NCBI GenBank assembly: GCA_021817785.1
Contig: JAKAFY010000002.1
Span: 11,750-75,749 of the forward strand
Direction of reading: 5' to 3'
From: a bacterium
GTDB taxonomy: Bacteria; Patescibacteriota; Microgenomatia; UBA10105; UBA927
Length of the DNA stretch: 64,000 nucleotides
The position numbers were made by a program, and so were the translations under genes. A model generated the notes under the pieces. The model searched no databases. It was given only the letters and a program-made list of their open reading frames with translations, and had not been told where the DNA came from. Shown here in pieces: positions 10,246-19,907 of this stretch. Every line of letters begins with the position of its first letter. Within the stretch, counting starts at the first letter, position 1.

Positions 10246-11070
10246 ATGGCCATGATTGAACGTTCTACATTTCGATCGCCCGAAACGCACCCTCATTCCA
10301 CGCGTGCATTGTTGTGGGCAACGCTGACCAGCGCTACTGTGGAAAAGGACTATGTGCCGAACCGAGAGCGGCAAAACACGGTATTTGACCGCATAGACTG
10401 GAGCACATTTGAGTCCGAAGTGGCTGCAGAATCGACAGGAACTGGTGAAGGAGCGGGAAAAAGGCTTCGCGGTAAGATTTTTGAGATGTTTATTCAGGCG
10501 GATCCTGAATTCGGAGAGCGTACTCCGTTGGAAAAGGAATTATTGGCCTTGGCTCACAATCCAGATGCATTTGGATTGGGGAAAGAATTAGGCTACCACC
10601 GAAACCCCGATATGGCGTTTCTTATTGTCCAAAAAGAGGATGGTGTGGTCATCGAGGGAGTCGGAGAATCGAAATTGGGACTACTAAACGAGCGCTCGTT
10701 TAAACAACTATCCGAAACAGGCTTTGCTGCCGGGGTGAAAGCGTTAGCAGACGTGGTCAATACATTGCCGAACCCAGAAGCGCATGGGCTTGTCGAAGTG
10801 GCAAAAGCACGACAGGCACTGGCTCCGGGCAAGCAGCTGCTTACAATCTCTCCGGAATTTACCCAGCTTCTTGTGGTGCCTGCAAACCGCACAATTGAGT
10901 GGGCGAGCACGCTTATTAACCGCCGAGAGTTTAGTCCAGCCGGCAGGCAGGAGTTTTACGAGTTATTGAACGATACCCGTCATGTTCGGACGGCGAGAGC
11001 GGCCTTTAGTACGGCAGAGGTATCCGCAGTTGCGAATTGTTTTTCTCGCAATTTGACGAGAGGTACATAA
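10246..11070 (+). CDS. Putative PD-(D/E)xK-fold nuclease-like protein
   Basis: RGKIFE helix, NPDMAF, GVGESKLG fit the E...PD...ExK spacing. Confidence 0.55.
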   Translation: MAMIERSTFRSPETHPHSTRALLWATLTSATVEKDYVPNRERQNTVFDRIDWSTFESEVAAESTGTGEGAGKRLRGKIFEMFIQADPEFGERTPLEKELLALAHNPDAFGLGKELGYHRNPDMAFLIVQKEDGVVIEGVGESKLGLLNERSFKQLSETGFAAGVKALADVVNTLPNPEAHGLVEVAKARQALAPGKQLLTISPEFTQLLVVPANRTIEWASTLINRREFSPAGRQEFYELLNDTRHVRTARAAFSTAEVSAVANCFSRNLTRGT

Positions 11071-11117
11071 TTTTTTTCTCTCTTTGTTATATTCGTGGTA
11101 TACTCCTGGGCTGTCCT

Positions 11118-11924
11118 ATGCTGCGAAGTCAATTTATTGAGTGTGTGCATGATATTTACCCGTCGCCGAGTAATTTGTTGTCGTCGGTTGCGCGGCGCAA
11201 CCTGTCTGTTCTGAAGCAGTTGTTTCCTGAGTCTAAAAGAGAACGGGATCTATGGCCTTGGCGTATCAGACAAGTAGGAGATGGACAATTGGAATTAAAA
11301 GGGAGCAATAATACATCTGCACTCGCAAGTACCATATATGTAGATATTGTAGCAGGACGTATACAACGGAGTGATACACGAAGAGGGCGGGCAGACCTTT
11401 TAATGCTCCCCACGGCATTATCTTGTATGCGTCGCGTTGCAAAAGCGTATCGTATGCACGTGGTTGGAAATGAACCGATCGTGCAGCGCAGAGGTGTGAG
11501 ACTGGAAACGGAGCCACTTCATGATGAAAGTGCAGTGATTTCTTCTCTTGCGTCGTGCACGGTTGGCAATACGTTTCCGTACGGTAGCTTGCTTGCTCAT
11601 ACCGCGGAAACGGTGATGTCAGATACAAAATGCGGCCGGTGTTTGACCCAACGACCTTTCACGGCGTCGTGGGAGATACAAGTTGCCCTCAAGGGAAAAC
11701 GGCCGTTTGAACGATTGTTTGCTGCGCCATTTGGAAACACGATTGTCTACGTTGCCGGATTTGGTGATCATAGAGACATGTCAGATACACACTGGTCGTT
11801 GCTCAAAGACACCTTTCCTTGGGTTATAAAACAAAAGGGAAACGCAACAAGAACCTGGGATTGGGTGATTAGTCGCATGGGTTCCAATCCAGTGAATATG
11901 CTAAAGACAAATAGCTGGCGGTGA
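11118..11924 (+). CDS. Hypothetical protein
   Basis: ATG ORF of about 268 aa with no recognisable motif. Confidence 0.5.
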   Translation: MLRSQFIECVHDIYPSPSNLLSSVARRNLSVLKQLFPESKRERDLWPWRIRQVGDGQLELKGSNNTSALASTIYVDIVAGRIQRSDTRRGRADLLMLPTALSCMRRVAKAYRMHVVGNEPIVQRRGVRLETEPLHDESAVISSLASCTVGNTFPYGSLLAHTAETVMSDTKCGRCLTQRPFTASWEIQVALKGKRPFERLFAAPFGNTIVYVAGFGDHRDMSDTHWSLLKDTFPWVIKQKGNATRTWDWVISRMGSNPVNMLKTNSWR

Positions 11925-11993
11925 TTATTTGGCGCACATTTTTTTGTTATCTATCGTACAGTCCTAATGCGTTTAGCGCAGTTGAATGTGATT

Positions 11994-12113
11994 ATGTTCG
12001 GTCGAAAGCAGAAAGTACAAGTGTTGTTTGGCAACGTTCGGACGGTGAGAGCGGCCTTTAGTACGGCAGAAGTAAGCGCGGTGGCGAATGTCTTATTTAA
12101 AGCCAGGCTTTGA
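11994..12113 (+). pseudogene. Remnant of an alternative C-terminus of the 10246-11070 gene
   Basis: 12036-12089 matches 10984-11037 and encodes VRTVRAAFSTAEVSAVAN versus VRTARAAFSTAEVSAVAN. Confidence 0.7.
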
Positions 12114-12269
12114 GATTGGTTAGCTCATTGTGGCGAGCTAAATTTTTTAGTTCAGATATCATCTGGACACAAAAACATTCATTTCCGTACAATTCCATAT
12201 TTTTTCATTAGAGCGTACAAAATGGTGTTAAAAAATACGTTTGATAGGGGTAAAAAACGAAGGAATGAA

Positions 12270-12494
12270 TTAGTTGTCGCTAGTGTTGACCGCGTCTTCT
12301 GCAATTCTTTTTTTCAAAAGTCGTCGTAATCGTATCGTTAAGTTTGATAACAGATCGGTCTTCGTGTCTGGTGTAGACTCCATGAGTGTAACGTCACCTT
12401 GTATGGCTTGATTTATTCCCTGAATTCTTCTAAACGCTTGTACTTGCTGCAAATCCTTTCGATTCATTGATGTGCTGCCTTTTTTTTCTGCCAT
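12270..12494 (-). CDS. Small hypothetical protein
   Basis: ATG ORF MAEKKGS. Confidence 0.4.
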   Translation of the reverse strand: MAEKKGSTSMNRKDLQQVQAFRRIQGINQAIQGDVTLMESTPDTKTDLLSNLTIRLRRLLKKRIAEDAVNTSDN

Positions 12495-12627
12495 ATTTAA
12501 TAAATATATTAAATATAATTTCCAATGTCTATATTTTACAAATAAGGTCAAGCGTTAAATTTGACTAGGCTATTATAACGCGCTAAATTTTTATCACTTC
12601 TTGCATTTTTTCTGATACAATAGCTTC

Positions 12628-14646
12628 ATGTCAGATCAATCCCACATTCGAAATTTCGCCATCATTGCCCACATAGATCATGGCAAGAGCACGCTTGCTG
12701 ATCGGTTGTTGGAGCTTACCCATACTGTCGCTCAGCGGGACATGCATGCCCAGCTTCTGGATAGCAACCCCATCGAGCAGGAGAGGGGGATTACCATCAA
12801 ATTAGCGCCGGTGCGGATGATGTATCAAGCGAAAAACGAAAATGGAAAAACGAAAAATGAACATACGCAACACATTTCAGATTTTCCATCGTACATTTTA
12901 AATTTAATTGATACTCCGGGACACGTAGACTTTGGGTATGAAGTCAGTAGGTCGTTGGCGGCCTGTGAAGGCGCGCTCCTCGTCGTCGATGCGACGCAGG
13001 GCGTACAGGCCCAGACATTGGCCAACCTGCATCAAGCCCGTCAGCACAATCTCACCATTATTCCTTTGATAAACAAAGTCGATATGCCGCATGCTCGGAT
13101 TGCAGAAACACGAGAGGAGCTTAGAAGCTTAGGTTTTAACGATGAAGAAATGATCGAAATATCGGCAAAAACCGGGGTAAACGTGGAGAAAGTGCTGGAA
13201 GCGGTTATCGAACGTATACCACCACCCCATGGAGATCCGGATGCGCCGCTTCGGGCGCTTATATTTTCGTCCCAATACGATACGCATAAAGGCGTCGTTA
13301 TATTTGTACGGGTAGTAGATGGTAGTATTCACTTTGATCCACTATTGAGACTGAGATTTATGGCATCAAAGAGTGACAACGCTCCTATAGAAGTTGGGTA
13401 CTTTTCCCCGCAGTGGGTGGCGACTACCGATTTGCATTGCGGCGAGGTAGGGTATATCGCCACGGGACTCAAAGATGTGAAGTTGGCAAAGGTCGGGGAT
13501 ACCGTAACGATACTCGAGCAACGAGCAGCGAGTAGAGAGAAAAGGGTGTCATCGACTCTCGATACTCGTTCCTCGATGCCCGTCCCGCTTACCGGGTACA
13601 AAGAGCCCAAGTCCATGGTGTTTTTGGGGCTGTTCCCGCTGGCTGCGGATGAATATCAGGAAACGCGGGAAGCGGTAGAAAAGCTTCAGCTATCAGACAG
13701 TGCGTTTTCGTTCCGGCCCATATCGTCGCTTGCTTTGGGCAACGGCTTCCACTGCGGATTTTTAGGACTCCTGCATGCAGAAGTGGCCCAGGAACGGATT
13801 TTGCGTGAATTTGGCCTCACCATGATCGCGACCAGTCCGAGTGTGGAATATCACCTAACCCTTCATCCCGGAGTTGATTATCATAAACTTGGTTTTACAC
13901 AATCATCTGTCATTGCGAGTGAAACGAAGCAATCTCATGATGATAACGAGATCGCCACGTCCCGCGATGGCGGGACTCGCGATGACATGGGGGTGACGGT
14001 TGCCATCCAGTCTGCGGAAGAGTATCCGGATCCTTCACAGGTGGCGTCCGTCAAGGAGCCGATTATGAGCGTGGATATTTACAGCCCGAAAAAGTATACC
14101 GGCGCCATCATGCAACTTTCCCAGGAAAAACGGGGGGTGTATATGGACTTGACGTACGTTGGAGACCAAGCGCACTTTGTATACCTTATTCCGCTTTCCG
14201 AAATGATCGTCGACTTCTTTGATCGGCTAAAGAGCGTGACCGAAGGGTACGCCAGTTTGGACTACGAATTTTTTGATTGGCAAGAGGTAGAAGTCGTTAA
14301 GGTCGATATATTGGTCAATAAAGAACAGGTCGATGCACTGTCATTTCTCATCACCCGCGATGCGGCACTACAGCGCAGTCGTGAGCTGGTGGAACGCTTG
14401 GCAGGAGTGATTCCTCGCCAGCAGTTTGAAATCCCCATACAGGCCACCATAGGCGGCCAGGTGATCGCACGATCGGACGTGAAAGCGTTTCGCAAAGACG
14501 TCACGCGCAAGCTCTATGGCGGTGACCGCACCCGGAAAGACAAACTCTTGGAAGCACAAAAGAAAGGCAAGGCGAAGATGAAAATGATCGGGAGAGTGGA
14601 GATACCACAGTCAGCGTTCTTTCAGGTGCTGAAGCGGACGAATTGA
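12628..14646 (+). CDS. lepA: Translation elongation factor 4 (LepA), with insertions
   Basis: IRNFAIIAHIDHGKSTLADR, ERGITIK, DTPGHVDF, GFLGLLH, KLYGGDRTRK. Confidence 0.98.
   Translation: MSDQSHIRNFAIIAHIDHGKSTLADRLLELTHTVAQRDMHAQLLDSNPIEQERGITIKLAPVRMMYQAKNENGKTKNEHTQHISDFPSYILNLIDTPGHVDFGYEVSRSLAACEGALLVVDATQGVQAQTLANLHQARQHNLTIIPLINKVDMPHARIAETREELRSLGFNDEEMIEISAKTGVNVEKVLEAVIERIPPPHGDPDAPLRALIFSSQYDTHKGVVIFVRVVDGSIHFDPLLRLRFMASKSDNAPIEVGYFSPQWVATTDLHCGEVGYIATGLKDVKLAKVGDTVTILEQRAASREKRVSSTLDTRSSMPVPLTGYKEPKSMVFLGLFPLAADEYQETREAVEKLQLSDSAFSFRPISSLALGNGFHCGFLGLLHAEVAQERILREFGLTMIATSPSVEYHLTLHPGVDYHKLGFTQSSVIASETKQSHDDNEIATSRDGGTRDDMGVTVAIQSAEEYPDPSQVASVKEPIMSVDIYSPKKYTGAIMQLSQEKRGVYMDLTYVGDQAHFVYLIPLSEMIVDFFDRLKSVTEGYASLDYEFFDWQEVEVVKVDILVNKEQVDALSFLITRDAALQRSRELVERLAGVIPRQQFEIPIQATIGGQVIARSDVKAFRKDVTRKLYGGDRTRKDKLLEAQKKGKAKMKMIGRVEIPQSAFFQVLKRTN
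13909..13986. repeat. 78-bp palindromic RPE/REP-like element in frame inside lepA
   Basis: GTCATTGCGAG...GAAGCAATCT...AGATCGCCACGTC...CTCGCGATGAC; related copy at 32608-32699. Confidence 0.85.
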
Positions 14647-15384
14647 TTATTTTGCGACCAGTTTCCGTTTCGTCAGTTTTTCCACGCCGTGGATCAACAG
14701 CTTTGATAGCAAAAATAATGCGACGTTTAGCCCCACGATCCATCCGATATTCGTTGCCATCCCAGAAAGAAAAAGCTGCACATCGTAGGCTACGGTGTCG
14801 GTGAGGGAGACGCGGATGCCCACTATGTAGAGCGCTGTTGCGATAAGGGCCACGATGATGGCTACCGGCCAGAAGCCATCCATATCTTCCGGAGAAGAAA
14901 ACATGGTGTTGGAAACGGCAAAAAGAGCGTACCCGGCGATAATCAGTAGATACACGGAAATATTAGAAAATACCGTGCCGGCTGCGGCATCGAGCTGTGT
15001 TTGCTGCCATAAGCCGGGAAGAAAATACGAAAGAAGCCCCAGCGCACCCAGTCCCACAAATACCGGTGCTACCCCGATAATCGCTCTGCGAATAGGATCG
15101 GATTGGGCGATAGAAACACTCCCGGTGCGCACCTCCGTTTTTTCCAATCCTTCGGGTACTAACGTAAGACCGCTTGTTTTTACGCCCAATATTTCTGCGA
15201 CAAACAGATGGGCGAGTTCATGAATCACCGTTCCCGGGAAAAAAATCAGGGAAAGAAATCCGATGCTCACTTCCCGCGATTTGGTGAGCAAAAAAGCGGC
15301 GACATACAGATTTTGCGTCATCCGGCGGGAGAGTAACCAGAGAAGAAAGAGTTCGATAGCAAGAAGTATGATGAGAAATGCCAT
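14647..15384 (-). CDS. Membrane zinc metalloprotease (M50-like)
   Basis: FPGTVIHELAH (HExxH), GVAP, PEDM and several TM segments. Confidence 0.75.
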   Translation of the reverse strand: MAFLIILLAIELFLLWLLSRRMTQNLYVAAFLLTKSREVSIGFLSLIFFPGTVIHELAHLFVAEILGVKTSGLTLVPEGLEKTEVRTGSVSIAQSDPIRRAIIGVAPVFVGLGALGLLSYFLPGLWQQTQLDAAAGTVFSNISVYLLIIAGYALFAVSNTMFSSPEDMDGFWPVAIIVALIATALYIVGIRVSLTDTVAYDVQLFLSGMATNIGWIVGLNVALFLLSKLLIHGVEKLTKRKLVAK

Positions 15385-15513
15385 GGTTGCGTTCGGTAGC
15401 CGTTATGGTGTCAATTTGTTACTTTGTCAAAAGTTGCGCCTTTTTCTGCAATATTTGTCCAAGAAAGCGTTGCTTTTGTCTGCGAACTATGAACTTTCTT
15501 TCTGTAAACTCGT

Positions 15514-16452
15514 TTAGTGTCCGCCACCCTCGTTTTGGCCGGTCATGAGCGGCATAAAGAACATCAGTACTAATGCCCCTTTCATAAATAACGGCATAAG
15601 GACATCCATAAATGCCACTTGTTCTTCTGGAGACATGTGTTGTATCCGGCCGAATATCTCATGTGCTTTGGAAAGATTTTCTGTCGTTGTTTCTATTCCG
15701 GCAAGTTGCAAAATATTTTCCGGGGTCGGATGAAGACCTGTGAACCCGTCTACGCCGGTCAATTCTTTCCAGACTGGTTGTGCAAGATCGGCGTTGGTTT
15801 GCAATAACTGTGCGATGGTGCTTCCGGCATCCCGTGAGCCGGATTTGATTTGGTGTATGACTTCGGCGGGTACTGCTTTATCTGGGTGTGCTTCATTATA
15901 TGTCGCAATAATCGGAAGCAAAGCACTTTGCTCCGGATCAGGTTCGGGAAGCTTAAGGTCGGTAATCTGTTTTTGCAACGCATCGAGCTTTATGACGGCG
16001 TCGGGCGGCATGTCTGCATTACTCATTTTACTGACCATACGAAGCGCATCGAGACGCATTTCATTTCCGAGCGGTGTATCAGCGGCCTGTGTCGCAAGGG
16101 CGGAGAGAACCAAACGCATATCACGTAATTCCAATAGCAGGGCATTAGTCTCTGTCAGTAGGTGATCAATAGCTTCTTTATTTGGCAGAGACTCTTTTGT
16201 CCGGGTTGTCACCTCGGTATTCGTGGATGCCGATGTTTCAGTCGAAGAAACGCTTTTTGCGGCCGCAGCGTTTTCTGATATTATCTCTGTGGCTTCTGCC
16301 ACCGGAACTCCTCTGGCGATTTGTTCAAGCGCGGTATGGGCTGCATGAGCGGGTTTTGACTCGAATGGTGGTGCTGCTTGTGGTTTTTCTTTTGCGGCAA
16401 CCTGCGGATGTGGGTGTTCCTTTGGCGGGGGAATGGGTGCAATCTCTGTCAT
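15514..16452 (-). CDS. Hypothetical protein with disordered N-terminus and C-terminal hydrophobic segment
   Basis: 312-aa ORF. Confidence 0.7.
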   Translation of the reverse strand: MTEIAPIPPPKEHPHPQVAAKEKPQAAPPFESKPAHAAHTALEQIARGVPVAEATEIISENAAAAKSVSSTETSASTNTEVTTRTKESLPNKEAIDHLLTETNALLLELRDMRLVLSALATQAADTPLGNEMRLDALRMVSKMSNADMPPDAVIKLDALQKQITDLKLPEPDPEQSALLPIIATYNEAHPDKAVPAEVIHQIKSGSRDAGSTIAQLLQTNADLAQPVWKELTGVDGFTGLHPTPENILQLAGIETTTENLSKAHEIFGRIQHMSPEEQVAFMDVLMPLFMKGALVLMFFMPLMTGQNEGGGH

Positions 16453-16545
16453 AGATATAGTATAGGCAGATTTATCTGTAGGAAGTCAATGTTGCTGCTA
16501 CATGATGCTCATGGACACACAATAAACCACTATATCTGTTTATCA

Positions 16546-16579
16546 TTTGCTAATTTCCCCAATTGGTGAAATTGACAAA
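16546..16579. promoter_or_regulatory. 34-bp palindromic site, copy 1 (contains the -35 TTGACA of the PaaX-like gene)
   Basis: TTTGCTAATTTCCCCAATTGGTGAAATTGACAAA. Confidence 0.8.
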
Positions 16580-16608
16580 TTACCATACTACATCGTACGA
16601 TAGGGAGT

Positions 16609-17190
16609 ATGGCTAGGCGGGGGGCTAAAAAAGACATGAAGCAGCACGCGACGAAAGAAATTATATTAGAGTTGTTGCGTGAGGGCGGAACCCTTCTTAT
16701 CAGCGCGATAAAAGCAGGCCAGGAGCTTCGGCATCTTCGGGTACTTCGTGACCCGCTTCCGTCCTGGGAAGCGTATTATCCTTCGTCGGTCAATCGGCAA
16801 CTCAACCGTTTGTGGCGGAAAGGATATGTGGATATACGGGAAACGACTGAAGGATATGTTGTAACGATTTCTGATCGGGGGAAGACAGAAGTGCTTCGGT
16901 ATGACCTCAATACGATGGCAATTCCTGCTCAAACACAGTGGGATGGTAAATGGCGCATGGTGATATTTGATATTCCTGGGAGCGAAGAAACCGTACGGTC
17001 CGCATTTCGTAATCATTTAAAATCATTGGGATTTTACCAAATGCAAAAAAGTGTCTATGTCTATCCCTACCCTTGCGACGAGCAAATTCATTATCTGCGT
17101 GAGGTGTACAACATTCCGCATTCCGTTAAAATCGCGACGATTTCTGAGCTGGAAAACGATGAAGATTTGCGAAAAATCTTTCATTTATAA
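16609..17190 (+). CDS. PaaX-like regulator (winged HTH + Cas2-like ferredoxin fold)
   Basis: LNRLWRKGYV...ISDRGK, then WDGKWRMVIFDIP...LKSLGFYQMQKSVYVYPYPC. Confidence 0.85.
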   Translation: MARRGAKKDMKQHATKEIILELLREGGTLLISAIKAGQELRHLRVLRDPLPSWEAYYPSSVNRQLNRLWRKGYVDIRETTEGYVVTISDRGKTEVLRYDLNTMAIPAQTQWDGKWRMVIFDIPGSEETVRSAFRNHLKSLGFYQMQKSVYVYPYPCDEQIHYLREVYNIPHSVKIATISELENDEDLRKIFHL

Positions 17191-17197
17191 GTATATA

Positions 17198-17231
17198 TTT
17201 GTCAATTTTCCCAATTGGTGGATTTGACAAA
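17198..17231. promoter_or_regulatory. 34-bp palindromic site, copy 2
   Basis: TTTGTCAATTTTCCCAATTGGTGGATTTGACAAA. Confidence 0.8.
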
Positions 17232-17251
17232 TATATCCAAATACACAGCAT

Positions 17252-18298
17252 ATGAGTGAAATGGCATCACAGACACCGGGAGAGATAAGGAATAAAATAC
17301 CAGTAGGGGCAAAACCGCTGGAGCGGAGCGTTTTGATAGGTATGTGGGATGTAACCAAAAAAGCAGTGGAGAGTCAGAGCGCTCGTGCATGGAACGAACG
17401 GATTATCAAAACGATAAATGAAAAGATCATCCCGAAACGCACTCCAGAAGAACTTGCATTTATCGCCAAACATCACATGGCGATCGAACGAGCTGCGACA
17501 GTCTCGGGGATTATTATTTCCTCCGCGGAAATATATACAGTTTTTTTGCTTGCCGCTCTAGGGAAATTGCAAATTGACCGCATGAGGGCGGTTTCCCGCT
17601 ATCGAGAGGCATTACAGAAGCATTTTGCCGCAGACCCCGGATTTCAGGATATAAAGCGTGTATATGATGGTATCCATTCCGGTAAAAAAACCGTCGGCTT
17701 TTTCGCATTTGCTACGGCTATAAATACCTTGTTAAACCAGATTGAATCAGGACAACGGCAGCAAATCAATGCGATGCTGCGTACGCCAAAAAATATACAA
17801 GAGGCCGACATCGTGCTGGAACGGATCTATAAGTCAGCATTTTGTGAAGCGAAAAATATAGAACGCCGGGCGTTAGGTCAGCCGGCGTTACCTCTCGATA
17901 ACCCCCGGCTGGCAGAGGAAGCGAACGCATCCTATGGAGAATGGAGAAACATACAGTGGAGGGGGTTGGATGGTGTTCTGCACCAGATGCGCTTTCCCCG
18001 TGGCCGAAAACGGGGATTATATCAGGCGATGCAAGGGGTGGACAATCACGCAATACTTGCCCAGTACATACAAAGCATTATGCCTTTGACCGGCGATGAA
18101 GCCATGTTAGGTGGTCCGCCAATCGTCGTTGATGAATCTGTCGAACACGATGGAACAATAGTGCACCGGGAGAAAAAATATCATGGCCCTCCACAATCTC
18201 CTGTTGGGCTTCGCGAAGGGCGTGAATATCAACTAAACGCAAAAGGACGGATGAAGACACGAAGAAATGAACATGGTCAAAATGGGAATGTCTGGTGA
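17252..18298 (+). CDS. Tandem paralog 1 of 5 (shared N-terminal domain + hydrophobic helix)
   Basis: ERSVLIGMW...TPEE...SGIIISSAEIYTVFLLAALG. Confidence 0.75.
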   Translation: MSEMASQTPGEIRNKIPVGAKPLERSVLIGMWDVTKKAVESQSARAWNERIIKTINEKIIPKRTPEELAFIAKHHMAIERAATVSGIIISSAEIYTVFLLAALGKLQIDRMRAVSRYREALQKHFAADPGFQDIKRVYDGIHSGKKTVGFFAFATAINTLLNQIESGQRQQINAMLRTPKNIQEADIVLERIYKSAFCEAKNIERRALGQPALPLDNPRLAEEANASYGEWRNIQWRGLDGVLHQMRFPRGRKRGLYQAMQGVDNHAILAQYIQSIMPLTGDEAMLGGPPIVVDESVEHDGTIVHREKKYHGPPQSPVGLREGREYQLNAKGRMKTRRNEHGQNGNVW

Positions 18299-18322
18299 GT
18301 ATAATGAGATACGGAGGAATAT

Positions 18323-19906
18323 ATGGTTGAGGGTGCAGGAATACGAGAGTCATCGCTGATATCGCCTGAGCCGTCCAAAAAGACGGTACTCTATGGTATT
18401 GGACGGGCGGGGGAGGCAATCAATAAACAATTAGGGCCGAAAGCCTGGGAACAGCGGGTGGACAACGCCATAAGCACGTACATTATCCCTCATGTTTCTC
18501 CCGAGATGCGGGAGACGATAGAAACGTATAAGCCGGAAATAGCCAAATGGTCGGGCTGGGCGATTACCGGCGCCGAAGTGGCGGTAGTAGCTGCCGCAAC
18601 CTATGGTGGCATCCGGTTGGTGGTGAACAAACTTCATAAGCGGCACGTTCCCACTCCAAATTCTCCTGTTCCGGTTACCCCGGATTTGCATATTCGTTCT
18701 GATGCGAAGGAATGGTGGGAACGCATACGCATGGAGGGAGACATACCTGAAGATGATTCCGGTCTTGATTTGCTTAGAAAATTGAGTGCAAAAAAGCCCG
18801 CACCCCCGCCAGTATTTGTTGTAGGTCCGGACGAAGTTCCGTCATGGCTTCGTGAATTAGCAGGGGATCATGCGCCGGCCGGTGCCAAAGCAGATAATGT
18901 TCCTGATTGGGTGCAGGAAGTTATGCATCGCCGCACGTTACAGGGCGCTGATAAAGTGCCAGATTTTTTGAGAAAAATATCCGCACGCAACCATGTATCA
19001 CAAGCCAGCGAAGCGGCTGCGAGCGACATTGGTTCTCATACTTCACGATGGTGGCAAGACCGAGCTGCCGCAGGGTTGGATACGTCTGTATTGCACACCG
19101 TACGCAAAATACCCAAACCCAGGACCAGATCATCGCCTTCGTCCGTTCCGATCAAGGATTTGCCCGTTCATACCAGGATATATTTTGACAAGAAAAAGAT
19201 ACAGAACATTTTTGCACGGAGACGTTCTCGACGTATTCGGGATATTCAAAACCAGGTACGGCGGGTAAAAGAACGCCGTTTTTCGGACTTGGCGCACCCG
19301 ATCGACCCAATGGCTTCGGCCAATGCAGTCGTTCAGGTCTCCCCACGTGCGGAAGAATATCAACAGTTACTCAGACGAAAACGGGCTGAAACAGAACGAC
19401 TGTATATAGACGATATGCGCCTGCGGCAAGAGATGAGAGAAAATGCGAGGCTCCGGGCTCTCGAGAAGAAACGAGCAATACTGAAAGAAAAAATAGATGC
19501 AGTAAGAAAAAGAATGGGGGAACACCCTTATGCCGTCCAAATGGTAGCTCCGCGTATACAAGATGAGATTACGCGGGCAGCACAGTCCAAGGTACTTACT
19601 GCCAATCCGGTCCGGTCCGAGCAACAGGGATGGATTGCGGATCAGCTTCGGGAGGTGATGGAACGGATACATGAACCAAAGGTTCGCAGGCAGTTAGATC
19701 GGTTGCTCATAGCCCCGACAGATCTAACATCATCAGCAGAACGCGCTGAAGTCGGCCGTATCGTCACTGATTTATTTCAGGCAGTTCAGTCGGACAAAAC
19801 CCCCTCAATGCAGGCAACAGTTATTCAGCGGGGCAGTCAGTGGGTTTCGCTTGGTATGCCCGGGCTACATCATGTGATTGATTATTTCATCTCACATAGA
19901 AAATAA
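18323..19906 (+). CDS. Tandem paralog 2 of 5
   Basis: KKTVLYGIG...SPE...GWAITGAEVAVVAAATYGG; VP(S/D)(W/F)(L/V) motif three times; coiled-coil-like region. Confidence 0.75.
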   Translation: MVEGAGIRESSLISPEPSKKTVLYGIGRAGEAINKQLGPKAWEQRVDNAISTYIIPHVSPEMRETIETYKPEIAKWSGWAITGAEVAVVAAATYGGIRLVVNKLHKRHVPTPNSPVPVTPDLHIRSDAKEWWERIRMEGDIPEDDSGLDLLRKLSAKKPAPPPVFVVGPDEVPSWLRELAGDHAPAGAKADNVPDWVQEVMHRRTLQGADKVPDFLRKISARNHVSQASEAAASDIGSHTSRWWQDRAAAGLDTSVLHTVRKIPKPRTRSSPSSVPIKDLPVHTRIYFDKKKIQNIFARRRSRRIRDIQNQVRRVKERRFSDLAHPIDPMASANAVVQVSPRAEEYQQLLRRKRAETERLYIDDMRLRQEMRENARLRALEKKRAILKEKIDAVRKRMGEHPYAVQMVAPRIQDEITRAAQSKVLTANPVRSEQQGWIADQLREVMERIHEPKVRRQLDRLLIAPTDLTSSAERAEVGRIVTDLFQAVQSDKTPSMQATVIQRGSQWVSLGMPGLHHVIDYFISHRK

Positions 19907-19907
19907 T

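Noticed and set aside
10984-12089. Diversity-generating retroelement TR/VR pair
   Set aside because: The mismatches are not adenine-specific and are mostly synonymous; no reverse transcriptase is present in the window.
16609-17190. CRISPR Cas2 / CRISPR locus
   Set aside because: The Cas2-like fold follows a winged HTH, as in PaaX-like proteins. There is no cas1 and no repeat-spacer array; the 34-bp sites are hundreds to thousands of bp apart.
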